Source: an uncultured Thermoleophilia bacterium (GTDB lineage: Bacteria; Actinomycetota; Thermoleophilia; UBA2241). Taken from it: 64,000 nt of DNA. This document shows, piece by piece, positions 1-9,888 of the stretch. The stretch is taken from assembly GCA_963834905.1 (NCBI GenBank), contig CAWIDR010000008.1, positions 26,349 through 90,348 on the forward strand, given 5' to 3'. Each line of letters opens with the position of its first letter. Within the stretch, counting starts at the first letter, position 1. The translations under genes and the position numbers were made by a program. The notes beneath the pieces are model-generated. The model searched no databases, was not told the origin of the DNA, and saw nothing but the letters and a program-made list of their open reading frames with translations.

Positions 1-2398
1 GCAGTCCCGCCTCGTCGATGAGCACCGAGCGGGCCTTGCTGCCGTCGTACCCGGAGATGATGCCCATCTCCTCCATGATGTCGATGAGGCGGCCGGCGCG
101 CGCGTAGCCCACGCGGAGGCGCCGCTGGAGCAGGGCCACGCTGGCGGCGCCGGTGTTCACCACGGTCTTGATGGCCTCCGCGAGAAGCTCGTCGCCGCCG
201 GCGGCCTGCTGCGACTGCTCGGCGTCCGGGCCGGCCGGGTTCTCGAGAAGTTCTTCGTGGTAGTCAGGCTTGGACTGCCGGCGCCAGTGCTCGGTGACGA
301 GCTTCATCTCGGCGGCGGTCACGAGCGCGCCCTGCACGCGGAGCAGCTTGCTGCTCCCCATCGGGCTGAACAGCATGTCGCCCATGCCCAGGAGGCTCTC
401 GGCGCCGCCCTGGTCGAGGATGATGCGCGAATCGGTCTGCGAGCTCACGGCGAAGGCGATGCGCGACGGGATGTTGGTCTTGATCATGCCGGTGACCACG
501 TCGACCGACGGGCGCTGCGTGGCGACCACGAGGTGGATGCCGCAGCTGCGCCCGAGCTGGCCGAGGCGGATGATGGAGTCCTCGACCTCGGACGGGGCCA
601 CCATCATGAGGTCGGCCAGCTCGTCGATGATCACCATCGTGTAGGGCATGGCGTCCTCGCCGGCGCGCACCAGCTTCTTGTTGAGCGCGCGGATGTCCTG
701 GCAGCCGTTGCGCGAGAGCACGTCGTAGCGCCGGTCCATCTCGCGGCAGATGTTGTCGAGCACGTAGGTCGCCTGCTTCATGTTGGTCACGACCGGGGCG
801 AGCAGGTGCGGCACACCGTTGAAGTTGCTGAGCTCGACCTTCTTGGGGTCGATCATGATCATGCGCACCTGGTCGGGCGTGGCGCGCAGCAGGATCGACG
901 TGATGAGCGCGTTCAGGCAGCCGCTCTTGCCGGAGCCGGTGGTGCCGGCGATGAGCAGGTGCACCATGCGCACCAGGTCGGCGAGGATGGCCTTGCCGGT
1001 GACGTCCTTGCCCAGCCAGAACGCCATGGGCGACGCGTGCGGCGGGAACAGCCCGTGGATGTCGCCGAGCGACACGTAGTTGGCCTGGATGTTGGGGACC
1101 TCGACGCCGACGGCCTGCTTGCCCGGGATCGGCGCCTGCACGCGGACGTCGGTGGCGGCGAGCGCGTAGGCGAGGTCGTCCTTGAGGTTGGCCACCTTGT
1201 TGACCTTGATGCCGGGCGCGAGTTGCAGTTCGTAGCGCGTCACGCGCGGGCCGGAGACCGTGCCGATCACCTGGGCCGGGATGTTGAAGCTCGCCAGCGT
1301 GGACACCAGGCGTTCGGAGACGCGGGCGACGGCCTCCGGAGCTTCACCGTTGCCCTGGGCGAGGCGGCGCAGGACCGCCGGGTCCGGCAAGGACCACTGC
1401 CGCTTCTCGGCGTCGGCGAAGGCGAGCGCCACGGCGGCGTCGCTCTCCTCGCCTTTCTCGGCCGCGGCAGCAGCGGCCGCAGCGAGCGAAAGCTGGACGC
1501 CGTCGTCCGCCACCACGATCGGCTCGGGAGCCGGCTCGTCCGGCAACGGCGTGGGTTCGCCGAAGATCTCCGGCGCCTCGGAGACGCCGTCGATGAGGTG
1601 CGGCCCGGCCGCGGGCAGCGGGCGCGAGAAGTCGAGTTCCGGTGTCGCCGCCGGCGTGATGGAGGTGCGCATGAGGTCGCCGGCGTCGATGGTCTGCGAC
1701 TCGTAGGGCTCCACGACGCGAGTGTCGCTCGCGTCCCGGCGGCGCGCGCCGAGCGACTCCGCCTGGCTGCGCGCGACCCTGCCCGCCTTGGCGACGCCCT
1801 GCTTGGAGTGCGACGCCCACTGGCGCAGCGACGAGCCGGTCACGAGCAGGATGCCGGCGACGATGAGCGCGATGACGAGCACGTCGACGCCGACCCGGCC
1901 GATGAACGGGCTGAGCACGGCCCACTGGATCTCGCCGAGGACGCCGCCGTGCGCGCTCATGTAGGCGTCGCGGAACAGGGCGTCCGGGCGGACGCCGGAG
2001 AAGATGCCGAAGGCGTCGGCGGCGGCGGCCAGCGCCACCCCGGCGACGATGAAGGCGATCCCCCAGCTCATGCCGCGGCGCGGCCGGCTCTCCTCCTTGA
2101 CGACGAGCAGGTAGGCGAGAAAGCCGAGGAGGAACGGCAGCGCGAAGGCGAGGATGCCCACGAGCCAGCGGGCGACATCGCCGAGCCAGCGGCCCAGCGA
2201 GCCGCCGTCCCAGCCGAGATAGAGCACGAAGCCCAGGAAGACGGCGATCGCGAGGCAGGCGATCGCCCCGAGCTCACGGCGGTGCCGGGAGGCCGGGGCC
2301 TTCTGCCTGGGCTTGGGAGAGGCTGCGGCTGAGCGCGGTCGCGTCCCTGACGCGGCGCCCGCGCGCCGGCGAGCCTGTTTCGGGCGTGCAGTCGCCAT
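1..2398 (-). CDS. ftsK: DNA translocase FtsK/SpoIIIE (about 800 N-terminal codons; 3' end runs off the left window edge)
   Basis: The minus frame is open from ATG 2398..2396 to nt 1. It has no in-window stop, so it is absent from the ORF track; the 257..2332 + ORF is its antisense shadow. Hand translation gives hydrophobic N-terminal segments and a low-complexity linker. Walker A VHLLIAGTTGSGKSGCLNALI lies at ~905-965 and Walker B MVIIDELADLMM at ~605-650, both in the same phase as the ATG. Confidence 0.9.
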   Translation of the reverse strand, partial: MATARPKQARRRAGAASGTRPRSAAASPKPRQKAPASRHRRELGAIACLAIAVFLGFVLYLGWDGGSLGRWLGDVARWLVGILAFALPFLLGFLAYLLVVKEESRPRRGMSWGIAFIVAGVALAAAADAFGIFSGVRPDALFRDAYMSAHGGVLGEIQWAVLSPFIGRVGVDVLVIALIVAGILLVTGSSLRQWASHSKQGVAKAGRVARSQAESLGARRRDASDTRVVEPYESQTIDAGDLMRTSITPAATPELDFSRPLPAAGPHLIDGVSEAPEIFGEPTPLPDEPAPEPIVVADDGVQLSLAAAAAAAAEKGEESDAAVALAFADAEKRQWSLPDPAVLRRLAQGNGEAPEAVARVSERLVSTLASFNIPAQVIGTVSGPRVTRYELQLAPGIKVNKVANLKDDLAYALAATDVRVQAPIPGKQAVGVEVPNIQANYVSLGDIHGLFPPHASPMAFWLGKDVTGKAILADLVRMVHLLIAGTTGSGKSGCLNALITSILLRATPDQVRMIMIDPKKVELSNFNGVPHLLAPVVTNMKQATYVLDNICREMDRRYDVLSRNGCQDIRALNKKLVRAGEDAMPYTMVIIDELADLMMVAPSEVEDSIIRLGQLGRSCGIHLVVATQRPSVDVVTGMIKTNIPSRIAFAVSSQTDSRIILDQGGAESLLGMGDMLFSPMGSSKLLRVQGALVTAAEMKLVTEHWRRQSKPDYHEELLENPAGPDAEQSQQAAGGDELLAEAIKTVVNTGAASVALLQRRLRVGYARAGRLIDIMEEMGIISGYDGSKARSVLIDEAGL

Positions 2399-2478
2399 GG
2401 GGAGTTGTTCGACGCCCGGGGGCGAATCCCTAGCGCCGGGCGGACGTGCCCCGGCGCCAGGTCGGTCCGCGCCCGGCC

Positions 2479-4143
2479 TCAGACCTCGACGACGACGGGC
2501 ATGATCAGCGGCCGGCTCTTGGTGCGCCGGAAGACCAGCTCCGAGAGTCGCTGGGTGATGTCCTCGCGGATCAGGTGCTGGCCGGTGACGTGCTCGGCTC
2601 CGAGCTCGTCCATCAGGGCGTCGAGGGCCACGCCGCACTCGTCGAGGACGCCCTTGAGACGCTCGTCGTCGTGGAGGAATCCTCGGGCGACGAGCTCGGG
2701 CGCGGCGACCGAATGGCCGGTCTGAGCGTCCACCGTGACGACGGCGATCAGGATGCCGTCGGCAGCCAGCTGCTGGCGGTCACGCAGCACGAGGCCTTCG
2801 GGGTCGCCGATCTCGGAGCCGTCGACGAACACCATGCCGGTCGCGACCTTGTCGACGATCTCGCCGTTGTCGGCCTCCAGCTCGAGCACGTCGCCGTTCT
2901 CGAGGATGAAGATGTCCTCGTCGGGGATGCCCGACTGGCGGGCCAGCTCGGCGTGCATGTGCTGCATGCGGTACTCGCCGTGGACCGGGACCAGGAACCG
3001 GGGCCGCGTGAGGTTGAGCATCATCTTGAGGTCTTCCTGGGCGGCGTGGCCGCTGACGTGGATGCCGCTGCGCTCGCCGTAGATCACCGTCGCGCCGACC
3101 TTGAGCAGGCGGTCGATGGTGGCCGTCACGCTGCGCTCGTTGCCCGGGATCGCCTTGGCCGAGATGACCACGGTGTCGCCCTCGTGCAACTCGACCTGCG
3201 GATGGTCGTTGAACGCCATGCGAGTCAGCGCCGAGAGCGGCTCGCCCTGGCTGCCGGTGGAGAGGATGAGGACCTCCTCCGGCCTGTAGTCGTCGATCTG
3301 CGTGAGCTTGATCATCGCCCCCTCCGGCACCTTGAGGTAGCCGAGGTTGCGGGCGATGTTGGCGTTCTTGACCATCGAGCGACCGGAGAGCGCGAACTTG
3401 CGCCCGTGCAGGTGGGCGATGGTGATCGCCTGCTGGATGCGGTGGATGTGCGAGGCGAAGCTGGCCACGATCACGCGGCCCTCGGCCTCGGCGAAGATCT
3501 GGTGGAAGGCGTGGCTGACGGTGCTTTCCGAGGCGGTCGTCCCCGGAGCCTCGGCGTTGGTCGAGTCGCCGAGCAGCGCGAGCACGCCCTTCTCGCCGAG
3601 TCGCGCGAACGCGTCCACGTCGGTGACGCGGCCGTCGATCGGCGTGTGGTCGAAGCGGTAGTCGCCGGTGAGCACCACAGCGCCGAGATCGGTGCCGAGC
3701 ACGATCGAGAGCGAATCGGGGATGCTGTGGCTGGTGGCGACGAAGGAGAGGTCGAAGGGCCCAAGCTCCAGGTGCGACTTGTCGCTGACCTCGATCAGCT
3801 CGACGCTCTTGAGCAGGCCGTGTTCCTCCAGCTTGGACTTGATGAGCGCGAGCGTGAAGCGGCTGCCGTAGACGGGCCGGTTGAGCCGCCGGAGCACGAA
3901 CGGCAGCGCCCCCTGGTGGTCCTCGTGGCCGTGCGTGATCACGAAGGCGAGCACGTCCTGCTGGCGCTCCATCAGCCAGCGGATGTCGGGGAGCACGAGG
4001 TCGATGCCGAGCATGTCCTCGCTGGGGAACTCGACGCCGCAGTCGAGCACGACGATCTTGCCGCGATACTCGACGGCGGTCATGTTCTTGCCGATCTCGC
4101 CGAGCCCCCCGAGGGGGATGATACGTACGGCGTCTTCAGTCAT
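2479..4143 (-). CDS. rnj: ribonuclease J
   Basis: Intact 554-aa ORF. It begins MTEDAVRIIPLGGLGEIGKNM and carries the metallo-beta-lactamase motif ITHGHEDHQG. Length and C-terminal region are RNase J-type. Confidence 0.93.
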   Translation of the reverse strand: MTEDAVRIIPLGGLGEIGKNMTAVEYRGKIVVLDCGVEFPSEDMLGIDLVLPDIRWLMERQQDVLAFVITHGHEDHQGALPFVLRRLNRPVYGSRFTLALIKSKLEEHGLLKSVELIEVSDKSHLELGPFDLSFVATSHSIPDSLSIVLGTDLGAVVLTGDYRFDHTPIDGRVTDVDAFARLGEKGVLALLGDSTNAEAPGTTASESTVSHAFHQIFAEAEGRVIVASFASHIHRIQQAITIAHLHGRKFALSGRSMVKNANIARNLGYLKVPEGAMIKLTQIDDYRPEEVLILSTGSQGEPLSALTRMAFNDHPQVELHEGDTVVISAKAIPGNERSVTATIDRLLKVGATVIYGERSGIHVSGHAAQEDLKMMLNLTRPRFLVPVHGEYRMQHMHAELARQSGIPDEDIFILENGDVLELEADNGEIVDKVATGMVFVDGSEIGDPEGLVLRDRQQLAADGILIAVVTVDAQTGHSVAAPELVARGFLHDDERLKGVLDECGVALDALMDELGAEHVTGQHLIREDITQRLSELVFRRTKSRPLIMPVVVEV

Positions 4144-4173
4144 GGAAAGCCTCTCTTCGAGTGGTGGCGGCGC

Positions 4174-5057
4174 TCAGGCGCCGATCAAGCCGAGCCGTCT
4201 GAGCTCGGCGGCCACCACTGCAGTCTCTTCTGGTGTGGCGGGCACGAGCGGGAGGCGCAAGCCTCCGACCTCGTGCCCAAGAATGTTGAGCGCCGCCTTG
4301 ACCGGGATGGGGTTCGCGGTCACGAACAGCGCGTCGTACAGGCCGTGCAGCGCGGCGTCCTCGGCCGCGGCGGCTTCGCTGTCGCCCTCGCGGCAGAGCC
4401 TGGCGACCTCGGCCATCCGCGGCCCGGCGACGTGGCTGGCGACGCAGATGCCGCCGGCGCCGCCGCGGGACATGACGTCGTACAGCATGTCGTCGTTGCC
4501 GGCGTAGACGGCCAGGTCGCTGAGCTCCATGAGCCGGTCGGTCTCGGCCAGGTCGGGGTTCGCCTGCTTGACGGCGACGATGTTCTCCGTGCGGCGAGCT
4601 CGGCCAGCGCCTCGGGCGTCAGGTTGATGACGCAGCGGCCGGGGATGTTGTAGACGATCACCGGCAGGCTGGTGGCGGCCGCGATGGCGCGGAAGTGCGC
4701 GAGCACTCCGCGCTCCGGCGGCTTGTTGTAGTACGGGACCACCGCGAGCACGGCGTCGACGCCGCAGGCTTCGGCCGCGCGCGTGAGCTCGACGCTGTGT
4801 CTCGTGTCGTTGGAGCCCGTGCCGGCGACCACGGGCGCCCGGCCACCGGCCGCGGCGACCACGGTGCGGAACATCTCGAGCTTCTCGGCGTCGGTGAGCG
4901 TGGGCGACTCGCCGGTGGTGCCGGCGACCACGAGCCCGTCCGAGCCGTTCGCCAGCAGGAACTCCGCGAGCTGGGCAAGGCGCCCCAGATCGACGGCCTC
5001 AGCCGCGTCGAAGGGCGTCACCATCGCGGTGAGGATGGTCCCGAGGCTCTCGCTCAC
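4174..5057 (-). CDS. dapA: 4-hydroxy-tetrahydrodipicolinate synthase, frame broken once as sequenced
   Basis: ORF 4320..5057 (TAMVTPF...GTTGESPTL...VVPYYNKP) and ORF 4174..4530 (...ANPIPVKAALNILG...) are the two halves of DapA. They join at ~4590 (EALAELA | ENIVAVKQANPDLAETDRLMELS). The phase step is deletion-type. Confidence 0.9.
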
Positions 5058-5090
5058 GTGCTCTCCCCCTGGGTGCGGTCCGTCAGGTCA

Positions 5091-5130
5091 GTCCGTCCGC
5101 CGCGAGGCCCTTCGGGCCGGCGGCCGCTCA
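5091..5130. repeat. GC-rich 40-nt intergenic element, copy A (dapB-dapA spacer)
   Basis: gtccgtccgccgcgaggcccttcgggccggcggccgctca is nearly identical to 35993..36032. It contains the hairpin ggccc-ttc-gggcc flanked by a ccgcc/ggcgg pairing. Confidence 0.7.
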
Positions 5131-5164
5131 ATAGTTCTCGCTTCACTTCGTGATGCTTCGTGCA

Positions 5165-5924
5165 TCAGTCCAGCAGATTCTCAAGGCCGATCACGGTCCC
5201 TTCCACAGCGCCGACGCGGCGCAGGGCGAGGAGCACGCCGCCCATGAACGAGCGCCGCGACAGCGAGTCGTGGCGCAGCGTGAGCAGTTCGTCCTCTCCG
5301 CCGAAGACGACCTCCTGGTGCGCCACCGCTCCGGGAAGGCGCACGCTGTGGATGGTGACGCGGTCGTCGGCGACGAGCCCTCGCGCGGTCTGGCCGGCGC
5401 CGGGCGGGGTGGTCAGGGCGGACCCCGGCGCCTCCGCCATCAGGCGCGCGGTGCGCAGGGACGTCCCGGAAGGCGCGTCGACCTTGCCCTTCTCGTGCGT
5501 CTCGATGATCTCGGCGTGCGTGTAGTGGCGCGCCGCCTCGGCGGCGAATCTTCATGACCAGCACGGCGCCGAGGGCGAAGTTGGGCACGATGACCAGGCC
5601 GGCGCCGGACGCCTGCGCCTTGGCCGACAGGTCGTCCACCTGGGCGTCGTCCAGGCCGGTGGCGCCGACCACGGTCGGGACGCCGGCCTCGAGCAACGCG
5701 GCGGCGTTGTCGTAGACGGCGCTCGGGACGCTGAACTCGAGGGCCGCCGTGGGCGACGTCAAGGCGAGCGCCGAGACGACGTCGCCGAACCACGGCGCCT
5801 CTCCCCCGTCGCCCTTGTGCGGGTCCACGAGGGCGGCGAGCCGAAGGTCCTTCTGCGCCGCTATGGTGGCGGCGCTCAGGGAGCCCATCTTGCCGGCCGC
5901 GCCGGTGACGAGGACATCGATCAT
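5165..5924 (-). CDS. dapB: 4-hydroxy-tetrahydrodipicolinate reductase, frame broken once as sequenced
   Basis: The N-terminal part [14 protein letters not shown]...[13 protein letters not shown] is read inside ORF 5181..8495. The C-terminal part is ORF 5165..5440. The junction is at ~5550 (VLVMK | [29 protein letters not shown]) and is insertion-type. A purine-rich Shine-Dalgarno (SD) sequence lies upstream of ATG 5924. Confidence 0.88.
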
Positions 5925-5973
5925 GACGCCCCCTCTTCTGGCGTACACGAGCGGGACAGCGTAGACATACCGC

Positions 5974-7228
5974 TTATCGTTCCTCCAAAGCGAAGCCCTG
6001 CGTGACGGCCCGGAACGGCTCCGGGTGCGGGCCGATGCAGGCCGTCGACCACGTCTCAGGGTCATAGTACCGCCGCACGGCGGCGATGACCGCGTCCCTG
6101 TCGACGGCGTCGATGCGCGCGAGCACCTGGTCCACGGTGAGCACGGGCTGCTCGAGAAGCACGGCGCGCCCCAGCTGCTGCATGCGGCTGCCGGGACTCT
6201 CCATGCCCAGGACGAGCTGCCCCTTGAGGTGGTTCTTGGCGCGGTCGATGGCGCTGTCGGCCATGTCGGCCTCCAGGTCGCGAAGCGTGTCGAGGATGAC
6301 GCGCATCGCCTCCTCGACCGCCTCCTCACGCGAGCCGAAGTACACGGCCGTGAGGCCGGCGTCGGCGTAGAGGCTGGTGTACGAGTAGACGGAGTACGCG
6401 AGGCCGCGCTTCTCGCGCACTTCCTGGAAGAGATGCGAGCTCCAGGAACCGCCGAGGATCGTGTCGACCACGAACACGGCGTAGCGGTCGGGGTCGCCGC
6501 GCTTGGGTCCCGGACCGCCGAGGCAGATGTTGTACTGCTCGGTGTCCTTCTGCGTGAAGCGGGCGATGTGCCGGGTCTCGGGGACGCTGAGGTCGGCGCG
6601 GCGGACCACCGCTCCCGGCTCGGGGCGGAAGTGCTTCGCCGCGAGCTCCGAGAGGCGCTCGTGGTCCACGTGTCCGCTGGCGGCGACCACGATGCCGGGG
6701 TTGACGTAGTGGGCGTCGTGATAGCTCGCGCACGGTGTCGAGGTCGAGCCCGCTCAGGGTCTCGCTGCTGCCGATGATCGGCCGCCCGAGCGGGTGCTCC
6801 CCGAAGACGACCTCGGTGAGGTCGTCGTGGATGAGCTCGGGCGGCGAGTCCTCGTACATCGCGACCTCTTCGAGGACGACCTTGCGCTCGTCGTCGAGGT
6901 CGGCGAACGTCGGACGCGCGACCATCTCGGCGATGATCTCGAACGCCCTGTCGAGGTCCTCGTCCAGGAGCCGCGCGTTGACCAGCGTGTGCTCCTTGGA
7001 GGTCGACGCGTTGGGCTCGGCGCCCATGTCGTCGAAGATGTGCGCGATGTCCGACGCCGAGTACTTGGCCGAGCCCTTGAAGATCAGGTGCTCGATGAAG
7101 TGGGAGATGCCGCCGAGCTCGACCGGCTCGAGCCGTGAGCCCGCGGCGATCCAGACCCCGAGGGCCACCGAGCGCACGTTGTCCATGCGCTCGGTGGCGA
7201 CTCGCAGCCCGTTCTCCAGCGTTGACAG
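5974..7228 (-). CDS. M16 family zinc peptidase (pitrilysin-like), frame broken once as sequenced
   Basis: ORF 6326..7186 carries the HxxEH motif ([14 protein letters not shown]). It joins ORF 5974..6690 at ~6727 (LDLDTVR | [21 protein letters not shown]). The conserved N-terminus [12 protein letters not shown] lies upstream of the first ATG. The only start candidate after the in-frame TAA is CTG 7228, with GGAGG 8 nt upstream. Confidence 0.85.
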
Positions 7229-7270
7229 GCGGTAGGCCTCCGTGGCCTGCTCCCTGCTCCGCTTCTTCTC

Positions 7271-9371
7271 TTACTCGCCCTCGGGCTTGCGTGAGGAGCG
7301 TCAGCCCGATGCGGTTGCGCGCCTTGTCGATCTCGACGACCTCGACGGTCACGGTGTCGCCGCGCTTGACGACGTCCTCGACGTTCTTCACGCGCTCACC
7401 CTTGGGGGCCAGGCGCGAGATGTGCAGGAGCCCGTCGGTGCCCTTCTTGAGCTCGACGAAGGCGCCGAAGTCGGTGGTCTTGACGACGCGTCCGGTGAAG
7501 ACGTCGCCGACCTCGACCTCCTTGGTCATCGACTGGATGCGGTTCTTGACGCCTTCCGCAGCCTCCTCGTCGGGGGCGCAGATGAAGATCGTCCCGTCGT
7601 CCTGGATGTCGATGTCGGCGCTGAACTCCTCGGTCATGCCGCGGATGGTCTCGCCGCCCTTGCCGATCACGAGCCCGATCTGGTCGGGGTTGATCTGGAT
7701 CGAGAAGATGCGCGGCGCCCACTCGCTGAGCTCGCTGCGCGGCTCCGCGATCGCCTCGAGCATCTTGCCGAGGATGTGCAGCCGGGCCTTGCGGGCCTGC
7801 TCGAGCGCCTCGGTGAGGATCTCGAACGTGACGCCGGTGATCTTGATGTCCATCTGCAGGGCGGTGATGCCCTCGGCGGTGCCGGCGACCTTGAAGTCCA
7901 TGTCGCCGAGGTGGTCCTCGACGCCCGCGATGTCGGTGAGGACGACGTAGTCATCGCCCTCCTTGATGAGGCCCATCGCGGTGCCGGCCACCGGACGCTT
8001 GATCTGCACGCCGGCGTCCATGAGCGACAGGGTGCTGCCGCAGACGCTCGCCATCGAGGACGAGCCGTTGCTCTCGAGGATCTCCGACACGATGCGGATC
8101 GTGTAGGGGAACTCGACCTCGTCCGGCAGGACCGGCACCAGGGCGCGCTCGGCGAGAGCGCCGTGGCCGATGTCGCGGCGCTTGGGGCCGCGCATGAAGC
8201 CGGTCTCCCCCACCGAGTACGGCGGGAAGTTGTAGTGGTGGATGTAGCGCTTCTTGTCCTCGATGCCGAGGCCGTCGATGCGCTGGAACTCGCCGGTGCC
8301 GCCCAGCGTGACGATGCTCAGGGCCTGCGTCTCGCCGCGCGTGAAGAGGCCGCTGCCGTGCGTGCGCGGGATGAGCCCCACTTCGCACGTGATCGGCCGG
8401 ACCTCGTCGACGGCGCGGCCGTCGGGGCGCATCTTCTTGACGGCGATCCGCTCGCGGATCATGTCCTTCTCGAACTTGGCGACGGCGCGGCGCACCTGGA
8501 CGACGCGCTCGGGGTCGGGGTCCTCGCCCAGAAGCTGAGCGTACCGCCGACTCCTTGACCTCGGACGTCGCGTCCTGGCGGGCCTTCTTGTCGTGCACCT
8601 GGGTGGCGGCGTCGAACGCCGCGCCGAAGCCGGAGCGGACCTGCTCGAGGATCGCCTCGTCGACGGTGTACTCGGGCACGTCCCACTTGGGCTTGCCGGC
8701 GAGCTTCTGCAGCTCGAGCTGCACGTCGACGAGCTTCTTGATCTCGTCGTGCGCCAGGCGCAGGGCCTCGACGATGGTGGCCTCGGAGACCTCCTGGGCG
8801 CCGGCCTCGACCATGGCGATGGCGTCGGCGGTGCCGGTGACCACGAGATCGAGGTCGGACTCGTCCTGGAGCTCCTCGAGCGTCGGGTTGATGACCAGCT
8901 GGCCGTCGATGCGGCCGACGTGCACGGAGCCGATCGGGCCGAGGAACGGGATCTCGCTGAGCGTCAGCGCCGCGGAGGCGCCGAGCGTGGCGAGGATGTC
9001 GTAGGGGATCTCGAAGTCCACGGAAAGGGTCGTCGCGACCACGTGGACCTCGTTCATGAAGCCCTTCTTGAAGAGGGGCCGGATCGGCCGGTCGATCTGC
9101 CGCGCCGCGAGGATGGCCTTCTCGCTGGGACGGCTCTCACGCTTGATGAAGCCGCCGGGGATCTTGCCGGCGGCGTAGTGGCGCTCTTCCACGTCGACCG
9201 TGAGGGGGAAGAAGTCCTGCCCCTCCTTCGCGCGTCTCGCGCGCCGTCGCGGCGACGAGGACCACCGTGTCGCCACACGTCACCAGCACGGACCCATTGG
9301 CCTGCTTGGCGAGGCGACCGGTCTCGAGGGTGATGGTCTGGCCCCCGACTTCTACTTCGAATCGTGTTCAT
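7271..9371 (-). CDS. pnp: polyribonucleotide nucleotidyltransferase (PNPase), frame broken about 4 times as sequenced
   Basis: Fragment 1 is [43 protein letters not shown]. Fragment 2 is [27 protein letters not shown]... (ORF 7951..9276). Fragment 3 is [33 protein letters not shown]... through the KH and S1 domains (head of ORF 5181..8495). The tail is SRKPEGE-TAA at 7273..7271. The junctions at ~9361, ~9235, ~8548 and ~7295 are all insertion-type phase steps. Confidence 0.9.
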
Positions 9372-9484
9372 CTGTTCCTTCGTCTGTCTCGACCCGGCGC
9401 CCCATTGCGCTCGGGTACTCTGTCGTCGGCGTGGGTTTGGCACGGGGACGATTGTCATCGACGCGTCTGGCGCCGAAGTGGTGG

Positions 9485-9754
9485 TTACTTGCGGAGCTCG
9501 AGCTCCTTGACGAGCGCGCGGTAGCGCTCGAGGTCACGCGCCTGCAGGTAGTTGAGCAGGCGACGACGCTGACCGACCATCTTGAGCAGGCCGCGCCTGC
9601 TGTGATGGTCCTTCTTGTGGGTCTTGAGGTGCTCGGTGAGAGTCGTGATGCGCTCGGTGAGGAGCGCGATCTGCACCTCGGGGGAGCCAGTGTCGCCTTC
9701 GTGCTTGGCGTGCTTGGCGATGATGGTCTCTTTGACGTCCTTGGTGGTTGCCAT
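9485..9754 (-). CDS. rpsO: 30S ribosomal protein S15
   Basis: These are the last 89 codons of ORF 9485..10861: [98 protein letters not shown] lies 8 nt upstream of ATG 9754. Confidence 0.95.
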   Translation of the reverse strand: MATTKDVKETIIAKHAKHEGDTGSPEVQIALLTERITTLTEHLKTHKKDHHSRRGLLKMVGQRRRLLNYLQARDLERYRALVKELELRK

Positions 9755-9791
9755 GTAGTTCACCTCCCTCGGGGGAGTATCCGGAAACCCA

Positions 9792-9814
9792 GTCACGGGA
9801 TGGCGACCCGTGAC
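9792..9814 (-). promoter_or_regulatory. perfect 8-bp hairpin in the ribF-rpsO spacer (ribF terminator or rpsO leader element)
   Basis: gtcacggg-atggcga-cccgtgac lies ~38 nt upstream of the rpsO ATG and downstream of the inferred ribF stop. Confidence 0.4.
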
Positions 9815-9888
9815 CGAGAAAGCGGTCGCGCTAGGGTAGCACAGCGGCCGGGCGGCGAGAAACCGCGACCGGCGCGCCAGGAGCGCGG

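Noticed and set aside
257-4653. Very long plus-strand ORFs (257..2332, 691 aa; 2446..4653, 735 aa). Similar ones occur at 23049..25919, 25748..27730, 42381..44597 and elsewhere.
   Set aside because: Their translations are low-complexity and rich in Arg, Gly, Ala, Asp and His, with no family motifs. They lie exactly antisense to well-conserved minus-strand genes. This is the classic shadow-ORF pattern of GC-rich DNA, where stop codons are rare.
5181-8495. A 1104-aa minus-strand ORF that looks like a giant protein.
   Set aside because: It is a chimera. Its PNPase C-terminal two-thirds are in frame, followed by out-of-frame read-through across the M16 peptidase gene, and then the in-frame dapB N-terminus. 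The same explanation applies to 10858..13296 (812 aa), 39695..42502 (935 aa), 44513..46765, 48728..51526 and 60464..63742 (1092 aa).
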